Shown in pieces: positions 50,812 through 60,748 of a stretch of DNA of 64,000 bases. The position numbers were made by a program, and so were the translations under genes. Source of the stretch: Verrucomicrobiia bacterium (lineage in GTDB: Bacteria; Verrucomicrobiota; Verrucomicrobiia; Limisphaerales; UBA1319); the NCBI GenBank assembly GCA_963664225.1, contig OY760937.1, positions 1,696,001 through 1,760,000 of the forward strand, given 5' to 3'. Position 1 is the stretch's first letter. Every line of letters starts with the position of its first letter. The notes beneath the pieces were generated by a model. It was not told the DNA's origin, searched no databases, and saw nothing but the letters and a program-made list of their open reading frames with translations.

Positions 50812-51957
50812 GTGGAAACAACGCTCGATAAAAAACTGAATGTGAGCCATTTCGAGCCGGATTTGCCTCCGGCATCGATCAGGTGCGTCCTGCGGCATTG
50901 TGCGGCGTCCATCGGCATCTATGGGGCGCTGCTGGCGTTCATGCTCACCAATCCCTGGTATAGTTCGTTGCTGCAATGCTCGATCGGCGGGGTGACCGGC
51001 GCGCGCTTTTACGTCTGGCTTTACCTGATCTATGCGGTCGTGGCGCCGGCGGTTTATCTGGCGTTCAGACCGGCTTCGTTGCGCGTCTCCAAGAACCTGA
51101 TGATCGTTGGTTACCTGGGGCGCCTCCTCGGGAAACTCCTGGGCTTCCGCAGGAGCGCCGTCAGTGACTGGCTTCCCACTTATCATGAGCGCAATGCCCT
51201 GATGTTTCTGCTGATCAAGCTGATCTATGGGCCGATGATGGTGAATTCGGTGTGTTACGGAGTGGACAAGGTCGGCTACTGGCTGCCCTTTCTCACGCGC
51301 AAAACGGCATGGATCAACACCTTGGACGTGGGTTATACGATATTTGTGGCCGGAGTGTTCCTGGTGGATTCGTGCCTGTTTTGTTTTGGGTATCATGCCG
51401 AGGCGGGATTTCTGCGCAACCGGGTCCGCTACGTCGAGACGAGCCTGTTCGGTTTGACGGTGTGTCTGCTGTGCTATCCGCCGTTCAACGAAGTGACCAC
51501 GCATTTCTTTGGCACGTCCAACAATTCCGAAAACATCCTGTTCCGTGGCGATTTGCATCATCCGGTCACCTGGCTCCTGCGGGGCATGGCGGTGTTTTTC
51601 CTGCTGATGCTCATCTCCTCCTCGCTCTCGCTTTTCACCAAGGCCAGCAACCTGACCAACCGGGGCATTGTCACCCGGGGCACCTACGCGATTGTCCGCC
51701 ATCCGGGTTACACGGCCAAGAACCTCTTCTGGCTGAGCACCCTCATTCCGCTGTTTTTCAACATCAATCCATCCGCGCCGTTTTTCAGCTGGACGGGTTA
51801 CCTGCTGTTTTGCCTATCGACCATCGGCGGTTTTATCGCCTGGTCCACGATCTATTGTCTGCGGGCGCTGACCGAGGAGAAGTTGCTGATGCGCGACCCG
51901 GAATACGTCGCCTATTGCAAAAAAGTCCGCTGGCGCTTCATTCCCGGTGTGATCTGA
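50812..51957 (+). CDS. Isoprenylcysteine carboxyl methyltransferase (ICMT/PEMT)-family membrane protein
   Basis: SNLTNRGIVTRGTYAIVRHPGY, RALTEEKLL..Y..YCKKVRWRFIPG. Confidence 0.82.
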   Translation: METTLDKKLNVSHFEPDLPPASIRCVLRHCAASIGIYGALLAFMLTNPWYSSLLQCSIGGVTGARFYVWLYLIYAVVAPAVYLAFRPASLRVSKNLMIVGYLGRLLGKLLGFRRSAVSDWLPTYHERNALMFLLIKLIYGPMMVNSVCYGVDKVGYWLPFLTRKTAWINTLDVGYTIFVAGVFLVDSCLFCFGYHAEAGFLRNRVRYVETSLFGLTVCLLCYPPFNEVTTHFFGTSNNSENILFRGDLHHPVTWLLRGMAVFFLLMLISSSLSLFTKASNLTNRGIVTRGTYAIVRHPGYTAKNLFWLSTLIPLFFNINPSAPFFSWTGYLLFCLSTIGGFIAWSTIYCLRALTEEKLLMRDPEYVAYCKKVRWRFIPGVI

Positions 51958-51986
51958 ACGACCCGTGCCGCAAGATTTCCGGGCAT

Positions 51987-52016
51987 AAAAAAACGGCGGT
52001 TTAACCCGCCGTTTTT
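51987..52016. terminator. Bidirectional terminator
   Basis: A7-CGGCGG-loop-CCGCCG-T5 between convergent genes. Confidence 0.8.
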
Positions 52017-52042
52017 GAAAACTTCACTCACCGAACACTGGT

Positions 52043-53413
52043 TCAAGACCAGTATTCGCGCGGATCGGTGATTTTGCCCGTCAACGCGCTGGCGGCCACC
52101 GTGGCCGGAGAGGCGAGGAACACCTGCGAATCCTTGTGCCCCATGCGACCGGGGAAATTACGGTTGGTGGCGCTGATGCACTTGAGCGGCGCATTCATGC
52201 GACCGAACGTATCCACCGGCCCGCCCAGACAGGCGGCGCATCCGGCGTTCTCGGTCATCTGCACACCGGCGGCCACGAGAATCTCCCACAGAGTCTGTTC
52301 GCCCCAGCGGGTCGATTGCAGATCGTGTGCGATCTCGGGCGTGGCGGGCACGCCAAAGGTGTCGATGGCCACATGTTTGCCGCGAACGATGCGGGCGAAA
52401 TCCAGGAAATCGCTCGTTTTGCCCCCCGTACAGGACCCGATGTAAGCGCGGTCCAGTTTGATATGGCCCAATTCCTTGGCCAGCTTGCGTTGACCGGGAT
52501 CGGGATGGCAGGCCACCGTTGGCTCGAGCTTGTCCAGATTGATGGTCAACTCGGAATAAAACTTCTCGTTGCCCGAACGTTCCACCGGTTCATAGGTCGA
52601 TTTGGTGCCGTTTAACTTGCAGCGCCAATCGACATAGGCCCTGGTCTGGTCGTCGAACTCGAAAATTCCGTTCTTGCCGCCGGCCTCGATCGCCATGTTC
52701 GCGATCGTCATGCGGTCGTCCATGGTGAGACCGGCCGCGCCGGGACCGTCGAACTGCATAGCGCGGTAGGTGGCGCCGTCGAAGCCGACGGTGCCGATGC
52801 AATCCAGGATCACATCCTTGGCCATCACGCCGGGCTGGAGTTTGCCTTCGAGCCGGAAATGCATGGTGGCGGGAACCTTGAGCAAGAGCTTTCCCGTGCC
52901 CATCACGAAGCCTGCGTCCGTGTTTCCAATGCCGGTCGCGAATTGGTTGAATGCGCCCGCCATGCACGTGTGGGAATCCGTGCCGAACAGCACTTCGCCC
53001 GGACGGGTATGGCCCTTCTGGGGCAGCGCCGCGTGGCAGACGCCCGCGTAACGGGAGCCGAACTGGCGCTTCTGAGCCCCTTTGGCCACATCGAACACCC
53101 AATGCCCGTTGGGATCGTCAATCACGTCGTAGAAATAGGGCAGGCCCTGTTCCTTTGAAAACTCGCGCAACAGATCCACATTGCGGTTTGATTTGCTGTC
53201 GGCGGTGAAAATGTAGTGATCGGGCATGATCACAATTTTCTGCCGATCCCACACCTTCGCGTTCGCGCCGAATTCGCGCTTGAACACACCGATGGTGCCC
53301 GGACCGCAGACATCGTGGGTCATGAGCACATCCGCGCTGACCCAGACATTATCGCCAGCTTCCACGCGCGCCCTGCCCGATGCCCGCGCCAATATTTTCT
53401 CTGTAAGCGTCAT
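52043..53413 (-). CDS. leuC: 3-isopropylmalate dehydratase large subunit (aconitase family)
   Basis: MTLTEKIL, HDVCGPG, DSHT, IGSCTGG, CAACLGG, NRNFPGRMG; substrate (LeuC vs HacA) not certain. Confidence 0.8.
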   Translation of the reverse strand: MTLTEKILARASGRARVEAGDNVWVSADVLMTHDVCGPGTIGVFKREFGANAKVWDRQKIVIMPDHYIFTADSKSNRNVDLLREFSKEQGLPYFYDVIDDPNGHWVFDVAKGAQKRQFGSRYAGVCHAALPQKGHTRPGEVLFGTDSHTCMAGAFNQFATGIGNTDAGFVMGTGKLLLKVPATMHFRLEGKLQPGVMAKDVILDCIGTVGFDGATYRAMQFDGPGAAGLTMDDRMTIANMAIEAGGKNGIFEFDDQTRAYVDWRCKLNGTKSTYEPVERSGNEKFYSELTINLDKLEPTVACHPDPGQRKLAKELGHIKLDRAYIGSCTGGKTSDFLDFARIVRGKHVAIDTFGVPATPEIAHDLQSTRWGEQTLWEILVAAGVQMTENAGCAACLGGPVDTFGRMNAPLKCISATNRNFPGRMGHKDSQVFLASPATVAASALTGKITDPREYWS

Positions 53414-53762
53414 AAACTACAGGGGAATCTATCGGACCCTCCGTCCGACTGCAACTGGGGAAAAATGGACGAAAATCGCTTTCAAGCTTCCGATCTCAAG
53501 CAATCAAACGGTTTCATGGTTTGAATTGGAGTTGAGACAGGATGTGGAGGATGAACAGGATTGAGGGGATGCCAGCGGCGTGAATTCTCCTCGAAAAGTG
53601 CAAACAGGGGCGCGACGTCCTCGATTTATTTTGGCCCAGTGATATTGCCTTGTTCAGGAAGCCATTTCAGGTATTATCGTTAAATAATCCACTGGAGGCC
53701 CGGTTTGTTTCCGGTGTTTGAGTTTCGGACAAAACGCACGTTTAGAACGGAATCAAAAATTT

Positions 53763-53981
53763 ATGTCGCTTTGGCAAATCTTCGTCTCGGTCTTCAGCAT
53801 TAGCTTTGCCGTGTTCATTTTGTGGATGCTTGTTGATTGTATTCGGAACGAGGAGGACAAGAATGAGCGCGTGATTTCAGCGATGCTTATTTTGTTTTGC
53901 GGTTTTATTTACGCTCCGGTTTATTTTGTGCAGCGGCATCTTCCAAGGCGTGAAGAGATGAAGAAGCGATTGCACCCCTGA
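53763..53981 (+). CDS. Small 2-TM membrane protein (PLDc_N-like)
   Basis: LWMLVDCIRNE..LILFCGFIYAPVYF pattern. Confidence 0.6.
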   Translation: MSLWQIFVSVFSISFAVFILWMLVDCIRNEEDKNERVISAMLILFCGFIYAPVYFVQRHLPRREEMKKRLHP

Positions 53982-54036
53982 CAGTTCCTTCTCCCGGCGC
54001 TTGGCTTTCTGATTCAAACATGGTTTAATCCAAGGC

Positions 54037-54813
54037 ATGGGATTGCCAAAGCACAAGCCGGTTCCGCTCAAGACATTGGTCGAATATTGTGACCGGATGC
54101 TCGAAATTGAGGGATTCGCCGATTGGCCGGGCGCGGTCAACGGCCTCCAGATGGAGAACGGCGGACAGGTGACGCGGATCGTTGCCGCCGTCGATGCGAG
54201 TCTCGAAGTGGCCCGGTGCGCAGTGGAGGCGAAGGCGGATCTTTTACTGGTGCACCACGGTCTGTTCTGGGGCGAACCCCGGCCGTGGACCGGTGGGCGG
54301 TATGAGTTGATGCGGTTGCTCTGCGAGAACAAGGTGGCCGTTTATAGCGCACATCTGCCTCTGGACGCGCATCCCAAACTTGGGAACAACGCCCTGCTTT
54401 GCGCGGCGCTAGGTTTCAAGCGGTTGACCCCGTTCTTTACCGAAAAAGGGCGTGCCCTTGGTTTTCAAACCATCATGGACATCCCGCTGTCTGATTTAAC
54501 CGTGAACCTCACCCAGGCAGTGGGGGCGACCCCTGTGGTGCTGGCGTGCGGTCCGGAACGTTGTCGGCGGATTGGCGTGGTGACGGGGGGCGCGGGAGGG
54601 GAACTCCGCCAGGCCGTTTCCGAGGGGATCGACACGTTCATCACCGGCGAGGGACCGCACTGGTCTTACGCGCTGGCGCAGGAACTGGGCGTTAACGTGC
54701 TCTATGGCGGTCATTACGCCACCGAGACTTTTGGGGTCAAGGCGCTGGCGGCGCATCTGGCCGCGCGCTACGGCCTGCCGTGGGCGTTCATCGATCAACC
54801 GAGCGGTTTGTAA
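54037..54813 (+). CDS. Nif3/YbgI-like dinuclear metal center protein
   Basis: NGLQ, VHHGLFW, HLPLDAHP..GNN, TGE, GHYATE. Confidence 0.92.
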   Translation: MGLPKHKPVPLKTLVEYCDRMLEIEGFADWPGAVNGLQMENGGQVTRIVAAVDASLEVARCAVEAKADLLLVHHGLFWGEPRPWTGGRYELMRLLCENKVAVYSAHLPLDAHPKLGNNALLCAALGFKRLTPFFTEKGRALGFQTIMDIPLSDLTVNLTQAVGATPVVLACGPERCRRIGVVTGGAGGELRQAVSEGIDTFITGEGPHWSYALAQELGVNVLYGGHYATETFGVKALAAHLAARYGLPWAFIDQPSGL

Positions 54814-54914
54814 TGTACGCCGATACGCTTTGACGGTTCGGAGGGGCTGGCCCATATTTGCAGCGCAATATTTTACGCGCGGGAAAAAACGTGTTAAATT
54901 TGGCGCTGGATTAA

Positions 54915-56276
54915 ATGGCTGACCTGATTACAGAAACGGAAACAAGCGGATCGTCCTCCACGGGAACCCTTGGCGGTTCCTATCGATCAGTGCCGGTGCC
55001 CAAGGGGGTTGGGTTCTGGCGAAAAATGCTGGCTTTCAGCGGACCTGGCTACCTGGTGGCGGTGGGTTACATGGATCCCGGCAACTGGGCCACAGACCTC
55101 GCGGGAGGATCCCGGTTCGGCTACACCCTGTTGAGCGTGGTGCTGCTCTCGAGCATCATGGCCATTATCTTGCAGACGCTGGCGGCCAGGCTCGGAATTG
55201 TCACCGGACGCGACCTGGCGCAAGCCTGCCACGATCAATATTCACCCGCCGTATCCATGGCGCTGTGGATCATGTGCGAGGTCGCCATTTGCGCCTGCGA
55301 CCTGGCCGAAGTCATCGGATCGGCCATCGCCCTCAAGCTCTTATTCAACATCCCATTGGTGTGGGGCGTTTGCATCACCGTGCTGGATGTATTCGGCATT
55401 CTGTATCTGGAGAAGAAAGGTTTTCGTTATATGGAAGCCCTGGTGGTGGTGCTAATTCTGACGATTGGCGGGTGTTTCCTGGCCATCATATTGATGTCGC
55501 ATCCCTCCATCAGCAGTCTGCTCAGCGGATTCATCCCGCGCACCGAGGTGGTGACAAATCCCGTCATGCTCTACATGGCCATCGGCATTCTGGGGGCCAC
55601 GGTCATGCCGCATAATTTGTATCTGCATTCCTCCCTGGTCCAAACCCGCAAATTCGACCAGGACAACGCGGGCCGGATCGAGGCCATGCGTTTCGCCACC
55701 CTGGACGTCGTGGTGGCGTTGGGCACGGCGTTGTTCATCAATGCGGCCATCCTGATCGTGGCCGCGGCCACTTTTCATGTGAACGGACAGCAAAACGTGG
55801 CGGAAATCCAGGACGCCCACAAGATGCTTGCGCCGATTTTGGGAACGCAGGTCGCGGGCATTTTGTTCGCGCTGGCCCTGCTGGCGTCCGGCCAGAACTC
55901 CACGCTCACCGGCACACTGGCCGGGCAGATCGTCATGGAAGGCTTTTTGAATCTGCGGATGCGGCCGTGGTTGCGGCGGTTGATCACCCGCCTGATCGCC
56001 GTGGTGCCTGCGGTCATCGCCAGCGCCATCTATGGCGAAAGCGGCACGGCCAAGCTGCTGATCTTCAGCCAGGTGATCCTCAGCATCCAGCTCTCCTTCG
56101 CCGTGGTGCCCCTGGTCATGTTCACGAGCAACCGGCGCATGATGGGGCGTTTTGTGAGCCCCTGGTGGTTGCAGGGGCTGGCTTGGCTGGTAACCGCCGC
56201 CGTGGTGATTTTAAATGTAAAGCTCCTGATGGATTTCGTGGGTGTCAGCGAATGGCTGACCGCCTTGATGAAGTAA
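54915..56276 (+). CDS. mntH: Nramp divalent metal transporter
   Basis: [24 protein letters not shown]. Confidence 0.95.
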   Translation: MADLITETETSGSSSTGTLGGSYRSVPVPKGVGFWRKMLAFSGPGYLVAVGYMDPGNWATDLAGGSRFGYTLLSVVLLSSIMAIILQTLAARLGIVTGRDLAQACHDQYSPAVSMALWIMCEVAICACDLAEVIGSAIALKLLFNIPLVWGVCITVLDVFGILYLEKKGFRYMEALVVVLILTIGGCFLAIILMSHPSISSLLSGFIPRTEVVTNPVMLYMAIGILGATVMPHNLYLHSSLVQTRKFDQDNAGRIEAMRFATLDVVVALGTALFINAAILIVAAATFHVNGQQNVAEIQDAHKMLAPILGTQVAGILFALALLASGQNSTLTGTLAGQIVMEGFLNLRMRPWLRRLITRLIAVVPAVIASAIYGESGTAKLLIFSQVILSIQLSFAVVPLVMFTSNRRMMGRFVSPWWLQGLAWLVTAAVVILNVKLLMDFVGVSEWLTALMK

Positions 56277-56288
56277 CTCCCGCCACTT

Positions 56289-56717
56289 ATGTATAAAAAA
56301 ATCCTCGTCGCCCTCGATAATACGCATGCGGACGAAAGTCTCCTCCCGCATGTGGCGCGGATGGCGGCAATATGCGGCGCGGAACTGCTCCTGGTGCACG
56401 TGGCGGATGGCTGGGCCGCGCGCAATTACGAGCGCTTTCAATTGCAGGAGTCCGAGGAGATGAAAACCGACCGCGCCTACCTGGACCAAAAGGCGGAGGA
56501 ACTCCGTGCCCAGGGATTGAATGCCACCGCGCAGCTCGCGCTTGGAAATCCGCCCGAAGAGATTCTGAAAATATCCGAGATCGAGAATTGCGACCTCATC
56601 GCGATGACCACCCATGGGCACCGGTTCCTGGGGGATTTGCTTTACGGAAGCACCATTTCAAAGGTTCGGCATCACGCGCAGGTTCCCCTCCTGATCGTCC
56701 GCGCGCAGAAGGTTTAA
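56289..56717 (+). CDS. Universal stress protein
   Basis: YKKILVALD, DLIAMTTHGH..GS..VPLLIV. Confidence 0.9.
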   Translation: MYKKILVALDNTHADESLLPHVARMAAICGAELLLVHVADGWAARNYERFQLQESEEMKTDRAYLDQKAEELRAQGLNATAQLALGNPPEEILKISEIENCDLIAMTTHGHRFLGDLLYGSTISKVRHHAQVPLLIVRAQKV

Positions 56718-56993
56718 GCCCCTCGCAAATATTCATCCCCCGAGAAGGATAGGATGAAACTGATGGTGCTGCAGAGACTGTTGAAACAGGAGTTGGGCTC
56801 ACCGTGTGGCAATGATCCATTGTGACCTTGCCTCCGTACGGCGTCCGGCATTATCCACCCGGAGCAATCCTGTAGGCGTTGAAGCAAATTCGCATCCCGG
56901 CGTTGTCGCACGATCCGAATCAGCCCACGGACGTGCTGAAGGTCGATGTGGACGAGGACGGCAACGGCGGCGGTAAAGAAATTGGTGAGGTGT

Positions 56994-57086
56994 GATCAAC
57001 GCTCCGACTCAGGCACGCTGGGCCAATGATGTTCTGCTGCCAACTGAGACGCGATCCCAGCGTTGCCTGCAGCCGGTTTGTTGGAC
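56994..57086 (-). other. attC site
   Basis: Minus strand GTCCAAC-aaaccggCTGCAGGCAacgctggg ... cccagcgTGCCTGAGtcggagc-GTTGATC, 4 nt after the cassette F stop. Confidence 0.75.
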
Positions 57087-57090
57087 TGCC

Positions 57091-57480
57091 TCACTCAAGC
57101 TCGCTTTCTTTCAATGCCATCTTCATCGGCACTCCAGCATCCGCAATTTGGCGTATCATGCCAGCCTGAGCCGAGTTCGCCACATGATTGGTAGCATCAA
57201 CGAACAACACTACTGCGGCACTGACCCTCTTGAAGCGTGCACACTCCGACTTTAATTCATCTGCGGTCATATACTTCTTGTTCACAAATACGGCACCCGT
57301 CGCATCGATCTTGACCTTGGCCCACTCCGAGACTGAGGGTGCGGGTGAACCTGCGGACTGCCCCGGGAATACTCCGCTGCTTTGGTTCGCAGGGGCTTCG
57401 GAGTTGGTTGACTGGGTCTCCTGTTTGCACCCGGCAACCACAAAAAGCACAGCGCATCCTATTAGTAATGGGATTTTCAT
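57091..57480 (-). CDS. Cassette F: lipoprotein (129 aa), possibly ExbD-like C-terminal fold
   Basis: Lipobox VVAGC; bounded by attC sites; fold assignment tentative. Confidence 0.7.
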   Translation of the reverse strand: MKIPLLIGCAVLFVVAGCKQETQSTNSEAPANQSSGVFPGQSAGSPAPSVSEWAKVKIDATGAVFVNKKYMTADELKSECARFKRVSAAVVLFVDATNHVANSAQAGMIRQIADAGVPMKMALKESELE

Positions 57481-57495
57481 ATGATATTTATTCGT

Positions 57496-57561
57496 GTCCA
57501 ATGCTCAAGGTGACCCACGAGCGTCCGCAGGGCGCGAGTTGGGTCCACCGTATGGTTGGAA
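57496..57561 (-). other. attC site with degenerate core
   Basis: Minus strand TTCCAAC..GGTGGACCC ... GGGTCACC..ATTGGAC (GTT core changed to ATT). Confidence 0.7.
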
Positions 57562-57981
57562 CTTTCGTCTATGTCGAACGAGGTCTCTCTTGATCCCAAA
57601 GACAACTAACGACGGCAAAATGAGTGCCACCAGGCCACATGAGATGATCTCATTCTTCAGAAGCGCGTCAGGAGCTTCGAGAACTGATGTTCTTGGAGCG
57701 TCCGGATCGAAGAAGACAACCAGCGCAACGCTGGGTCGGAGTTTGCCGCGTTCTGGATTCGGCATGCCCGTTTGTGTCTGACCCGTGTAAACACGATTCT
57801 TTACAGTATATTGGTAGCGAACCGTTTTGTGGAAGCTGACCGTCGCTTCGGTCACAGCACCCTGGCAGTGACTCGCGTGTTTCGTGAGCCGCCAGAATGT
57901 GGGAATATTCAAGCTGCCTGTCCCGACCGCCGTGATGAGCGCAAGAATCGGCCAAAATGTGATGAGGACGCCTCTATTCAT
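57505..57981 (-). CDS. Cassette E: DUF3592-like membrane protein (158 aa)
   Basis: TM, then G.VT..VRYQYTV....Y.G....V.FDPDAP..S, then TM. Confidence 0.65.
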   Translation of the reverse strand: MNRGVLITFWPILALITAVGTGSLNIPTFWRLTKHASHCQGAVTEATVSFHKTVRYQYTVKNRVYTGQTQTGMPNPERGKLRPSVALVVFFDPDAPRTSVLEAPDALLKNEIISCGLVALILPSLVVFGIKRDLVRHRRKFQPYGGPNSRPADARGSP

Positions 57982-57989
57982 GTGCCTTG

Positions 57990-58048
57990 GCCCAACGCCA
58001 ACGTCAGCGTTGGGGCGGAACCCCATTCGTTGCGCCGCCTGGTTCGGC
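57990..58048 (-). other. attC site (59 bp)
   Basis: Minus strand GCCGAAC-caggcGGCGCAACG..ggggttccgcccc..AACGCTGAcgttggc-GTTGGGC; ATG 9 nt downstream. Confidence 0.8.
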
Positions 58049-58591
58049 TTTTATCGGCCAGTACCTGGCATCACGCGTAAGAACCAGCTCCCCGTTTTTA
58101 TACACTGACAATCGTGAGAATGACTCCGTGTCCGAATAGGTTCCCACAGAAATCTCCATAAATTCTCCATGTGCGCCAGATGATGCGGTGAGCCGCTTTT
58201 CGGGGTACACAACAACTGTGCTCACTGCAAGACTGCCGCCGGTAATCCCCCAGGACTTTATGGCCGAAGCCTTCTCATCATATGCTATGACGGCGCGCAG
58301 GGGCTCTTTGACGTATTGGGAGTCCATGCTGCACACGATATATTTGCCGCCAATCGTTTTCATGGTCACCACGGATTCTTCTGTGAAGGCCCGGCCGTCC
58401 CGGAGCTTGAAAGCAGAGCTGCACTTGGCAACCTTCCAGAATGGCAACGATGCCAGTTCAGTGCGCAGCGCGTTGGTGTCACCAGGGGCCGCGACCAAGG
58501 TATTGAATTGCTCTAGTGTCATCGGATCCTGACCCCGCGCGACGCCCGCGATAAGCAACACCGAGAAGTAAATAAGTAAAGTTGTTTTCAT
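58004..58591 (-). CDS. Cassette D: secreted hypothetical protein (195 aa)
   Basis: Signal peptide MKTTLLIYF..ARG; C-terminus runs into the attC (..AEPGGATN..). Confidence 0.75.
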   Translation of the reverse strand: MKTTLLIYFSVLLIAGVARGQDPMTLEQFNTLVAAPGDTNALRTELASLPFWKVAKCSSAFKLRDGRAFTEESVVTMKTIGGKYIVCSMDSQYVKEPLRAVIAYDEKASAIKSWGITGGSLAVSTVVVYPEKRLTASSGAHGEFMEISVGTYSDTESFSRLSVYKNGELVLTRDARYWPIKAEPGGATNGVPPQR

Positions 58592-58686
58592 AATGCGATT
58601 AAAGTGACATACCGTCTTTGATTATGCGCCGAGCAACTCGTATCTTGGACCGGGCAGAGTCCATTCTCAATTCGTCGCATATACGG

Positions 58687-58715
58687 AGTTTAAACCCTTT
58701 TCCAATGTTGGTCAA
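58687..58715 (-). promoter_or_regulatory. Putative sigma70 cassette promoter (Pc-like)
   Basis: TTGACC-N17-TAAACT on the minus strand, pointing into cassettes D-E-F. Confidence 0.55.
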
Positions 58716-58799
58716 TGTCAGAGGTTTGCCCACGCCGCTCGCTGGCCGACGTGGGAGTGAGCGGGCTGGGAGACATTGAGGCAGATTGTCCGTAAATCA

Positions 58800-59055
58800 G
58801 AATACCGCGAGTTTATAAAAGGATACGAAATTGAATGGGACGAACGCCATGTATGGGACTGATCCAACTCCTACAGAGTTGGGGGGGGGTATGCGCAACC
58901 CGGGGTAGCTCGTTCCTCGCAACCCCGGTCTGAATGATTTAATCCCTTCGGGATAATGGAATGGGAATCCGGAGCCGAAACGATTGAATGGAGATTATAC
59001 CGCCACCATATCCGCCAGACCGGAACTGGACACGCCACGATTCCGGATGCGTATC
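58800..59055 (-). repeat. Partial copy of the 297-bp unit including transposase 3' fragment
   Basis: AATCCCTTCGGGAT at 58941-58954; plus strand 58800-58862 translates EYREFIKGYEIEWDERHVWD*. Confidence 0.9.
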
Positions 59056-59148
59056 ACCCATGCAACCCTGAGTGGAATGCAATCATCCAGCGCCGGGTCG
59101 CGAGGCACGAGCTTTATTCCGACAGCTCAGAAAACACGAAAGCAGTTT

Positions 59149-59664
59149 TTATTTGCTGACTGTCGGGGAATAGCTGGCATGCAGCGTGAACTGTGCGTGG
59201 TTGTCCAGCGTTGGGAACCGTCCATGTCGCAGCCGGTCCCAATTCAAGCGGAGATTGTATTTCACCCGTCCCGTGACGGACCGATACCCTGTGGGTCTGT
59301 ATCCCCACACCACCGGAACTCTCCACTCTTGCGCGGCTGCCGGTGCCACGACAGAAAACACGTCAGCCCCGCCCGATGCCAACTCACTGCCGCCGCTGCG
59401 CGGAATCCGCAAGTCTGGCCATGCGCCGTCCGACTTCGCTTGAACCGGACAAATACAGTAGTAAATGCTCATCCGGCTCTCGTTGGTCACGCTGAAGGAG
59501 GCCACCAATCCACGTATCGGATCGTTGGTTGTACCATGGAGCGAAATCGGAAAGTTCCCGAGAGGCTCGGCTGCGCCGTGCCAGCAAACCAACGCCACAG
59601 CCGCCAACATCAAGACGGCGACCGCGCTCCAAACCCAAATCCATCTGACCTTCGCGCGCGACAT
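59149..59664 (-). CDS. Cassette C' (paralog of 41523-42038)
   Basis: 171 aa, a few substitutions. Confidence 0.75.
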   Translation of the reverse strand: MSRAKVRWIWVWSAVAVLMLAAVALVCWHGAAEPLGNFPISLHGTTNDPIRGLVASFSVTNESRMSIYYCICPVQAKSDGAWPDLRIPRSGGSELASGGADVFSVVAPAAAQEWRVPVVWGYRPTGYRSVTGRVKYNLRLNWDRLRHGRFPTLDNHAQFTLHASYSPTVSK

Positions 59665-59673
59665 ATAAAAGCG

Positions 59674-59752
59674 GGCTATCGTTCAGGCTCAGGCACAGCC
59701 GACATGCCAACCGAAGCGCTTGACGGCTACTGCCTGGAGCGTTTTGTTAACC
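59674..59752 (-). other. attC site with degenerate core
   Basis: Minus strand GGTTAAC ... TGCCTGAGCctgaac-GATAGCC. Confidence 0.65.
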
Positions 59753-60034
59753 AACTCTGGTTTCATATCTCTTCCGCATATTGTCAACCATCCTAAGTGT
59801 CCGTATGTCTGACTCATACTTGAAGGCAAGACAAGTACACAATACGCCAAAAATGGCGAAACCTCCCATACCGTGCCCGCTCAATTCCAAGCACGCCGCG
59901 ACCGCGATGACCAGGAGCCCGCCAAAATAATAGGCCGAGCGAGAACTCTCCAGAAGGTCCAAAGCCGCAGCCCGCTGCTTGTCATCGTCTGCAAGATGCA
60001 CAAACTTGTCATCGGGGGTGGTAAAGAATTTCAT
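59747..60034 (-). CDS. Cassette B' (paralog of 41153-41440)
   Basis: 95 aa, identical except the last residue. Confidence 0.75.
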   Translation of the reverse strand: MKFFTTPDDKFVHLADDDKQRAAALDLLESSRSAYYFGGLLVIAVAACLELSGHGMGGFAIFGVLCTCLAFKYESDIRTLRMVDNMRKRYETRVG

Positions 60035-60051
60035 AGTGCGTGATGTATAGC

Positions 60052-60177
60052 GGTTAACGTTCTGACTCACCGACTGGCGCCGTAAACGGGAGCTGCCAGC
60101 GAATGCAACGCCCGAAGAACCCGGCGCATCGAAACTGCAACGCTTGGCGGCAGTTCAGTGTGGTGAACTGGTTGAAC
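60052..60177 (-). other. attC-like site (copy of 41010-41135)
   Basis: GTTCAAC ... GTTAACC on the minus strand. Confidence 0.6.
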
Positions 60178-60184
60178 TTCGGTT

Positions 60185-60481
60185 TCATACGGGTGCGAGG
60201 CCGAAAAGGAGGAAGAGCACAAGCAGGGCCACCACCGTCCATCGCCACGCGGGCTCGTGTCTGCGGTACGAGGCGAACAGGCATGCCACGGCGCTGGCAG
60301 CGAGCGCCCAAGCAGGGTAAATAAACCATCCACCTCGATGGGCAAACTGCCGAAAAACCTCATGGTCGCCACTATGCCAAGCCTGAAAAGACTCGTTAAG
60401 TTGAGACCGTCCCCGAAGCACCATAAGCAGTGCCCCGAACATCAGAATTAGGGACAGCAGGAACATGGAGCGCGCTTTCAT
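60185..60481 (-). CDS. Cassette A' (paralog of 40706-41002)
   Basis: 98 aa, a few substitutions. Confidence 0.7.
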   Translation of the reverse strand: MKARSMFLLSLILMFGALLMVLRGRSQLNESFQAWHSGDHEVFRQFAHRGGWFIYPAWALAASAVACLFASYRRHEPAWRWTVVALLVLFLLFGLAPV

Positions 60482-60644
60482 ACCGATCACAAGCCCAACT
60501 TTAACAATGCGACCAGCGGTTCGTGAATTGGACCGGCCGGAATCCATTCTTAATTCGTCGCATGTATGGGATTTAAGCCCTTTTCCACTGCAGGTCAACA
60601 ATCGGAACAGGTCGCGCACAATGCCGGATGCGTCCCATCCGCGC

Positions 60645-60748
60645 AATCCTGTAGGGTTGCAATCTTTCAGCCCCGGGTCGCGAGGAACGAGCCACCCGGG
60701 GTCATCGTCCACCCTCCATAATTTCCCCAACGCAGTAAACGTTGAATC
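60645..60748 (+). repeat. Diverged REP-like head in opposite orientation
   Basis: aatcctGTAgggtt..ttcagccccgggtcgcgaggaacgagccacccgggg..caacg..cgttgaatc. Confidence 0.8.

Larger units (their letters stand above)
59112..60606 (-). repeat. Inverted duplicate of 40581-42076 (promoter plus cassettes A, B, C)
   Basis: Near-identical proteins and attC sites in reverse orientation. Confidence 0.95.
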
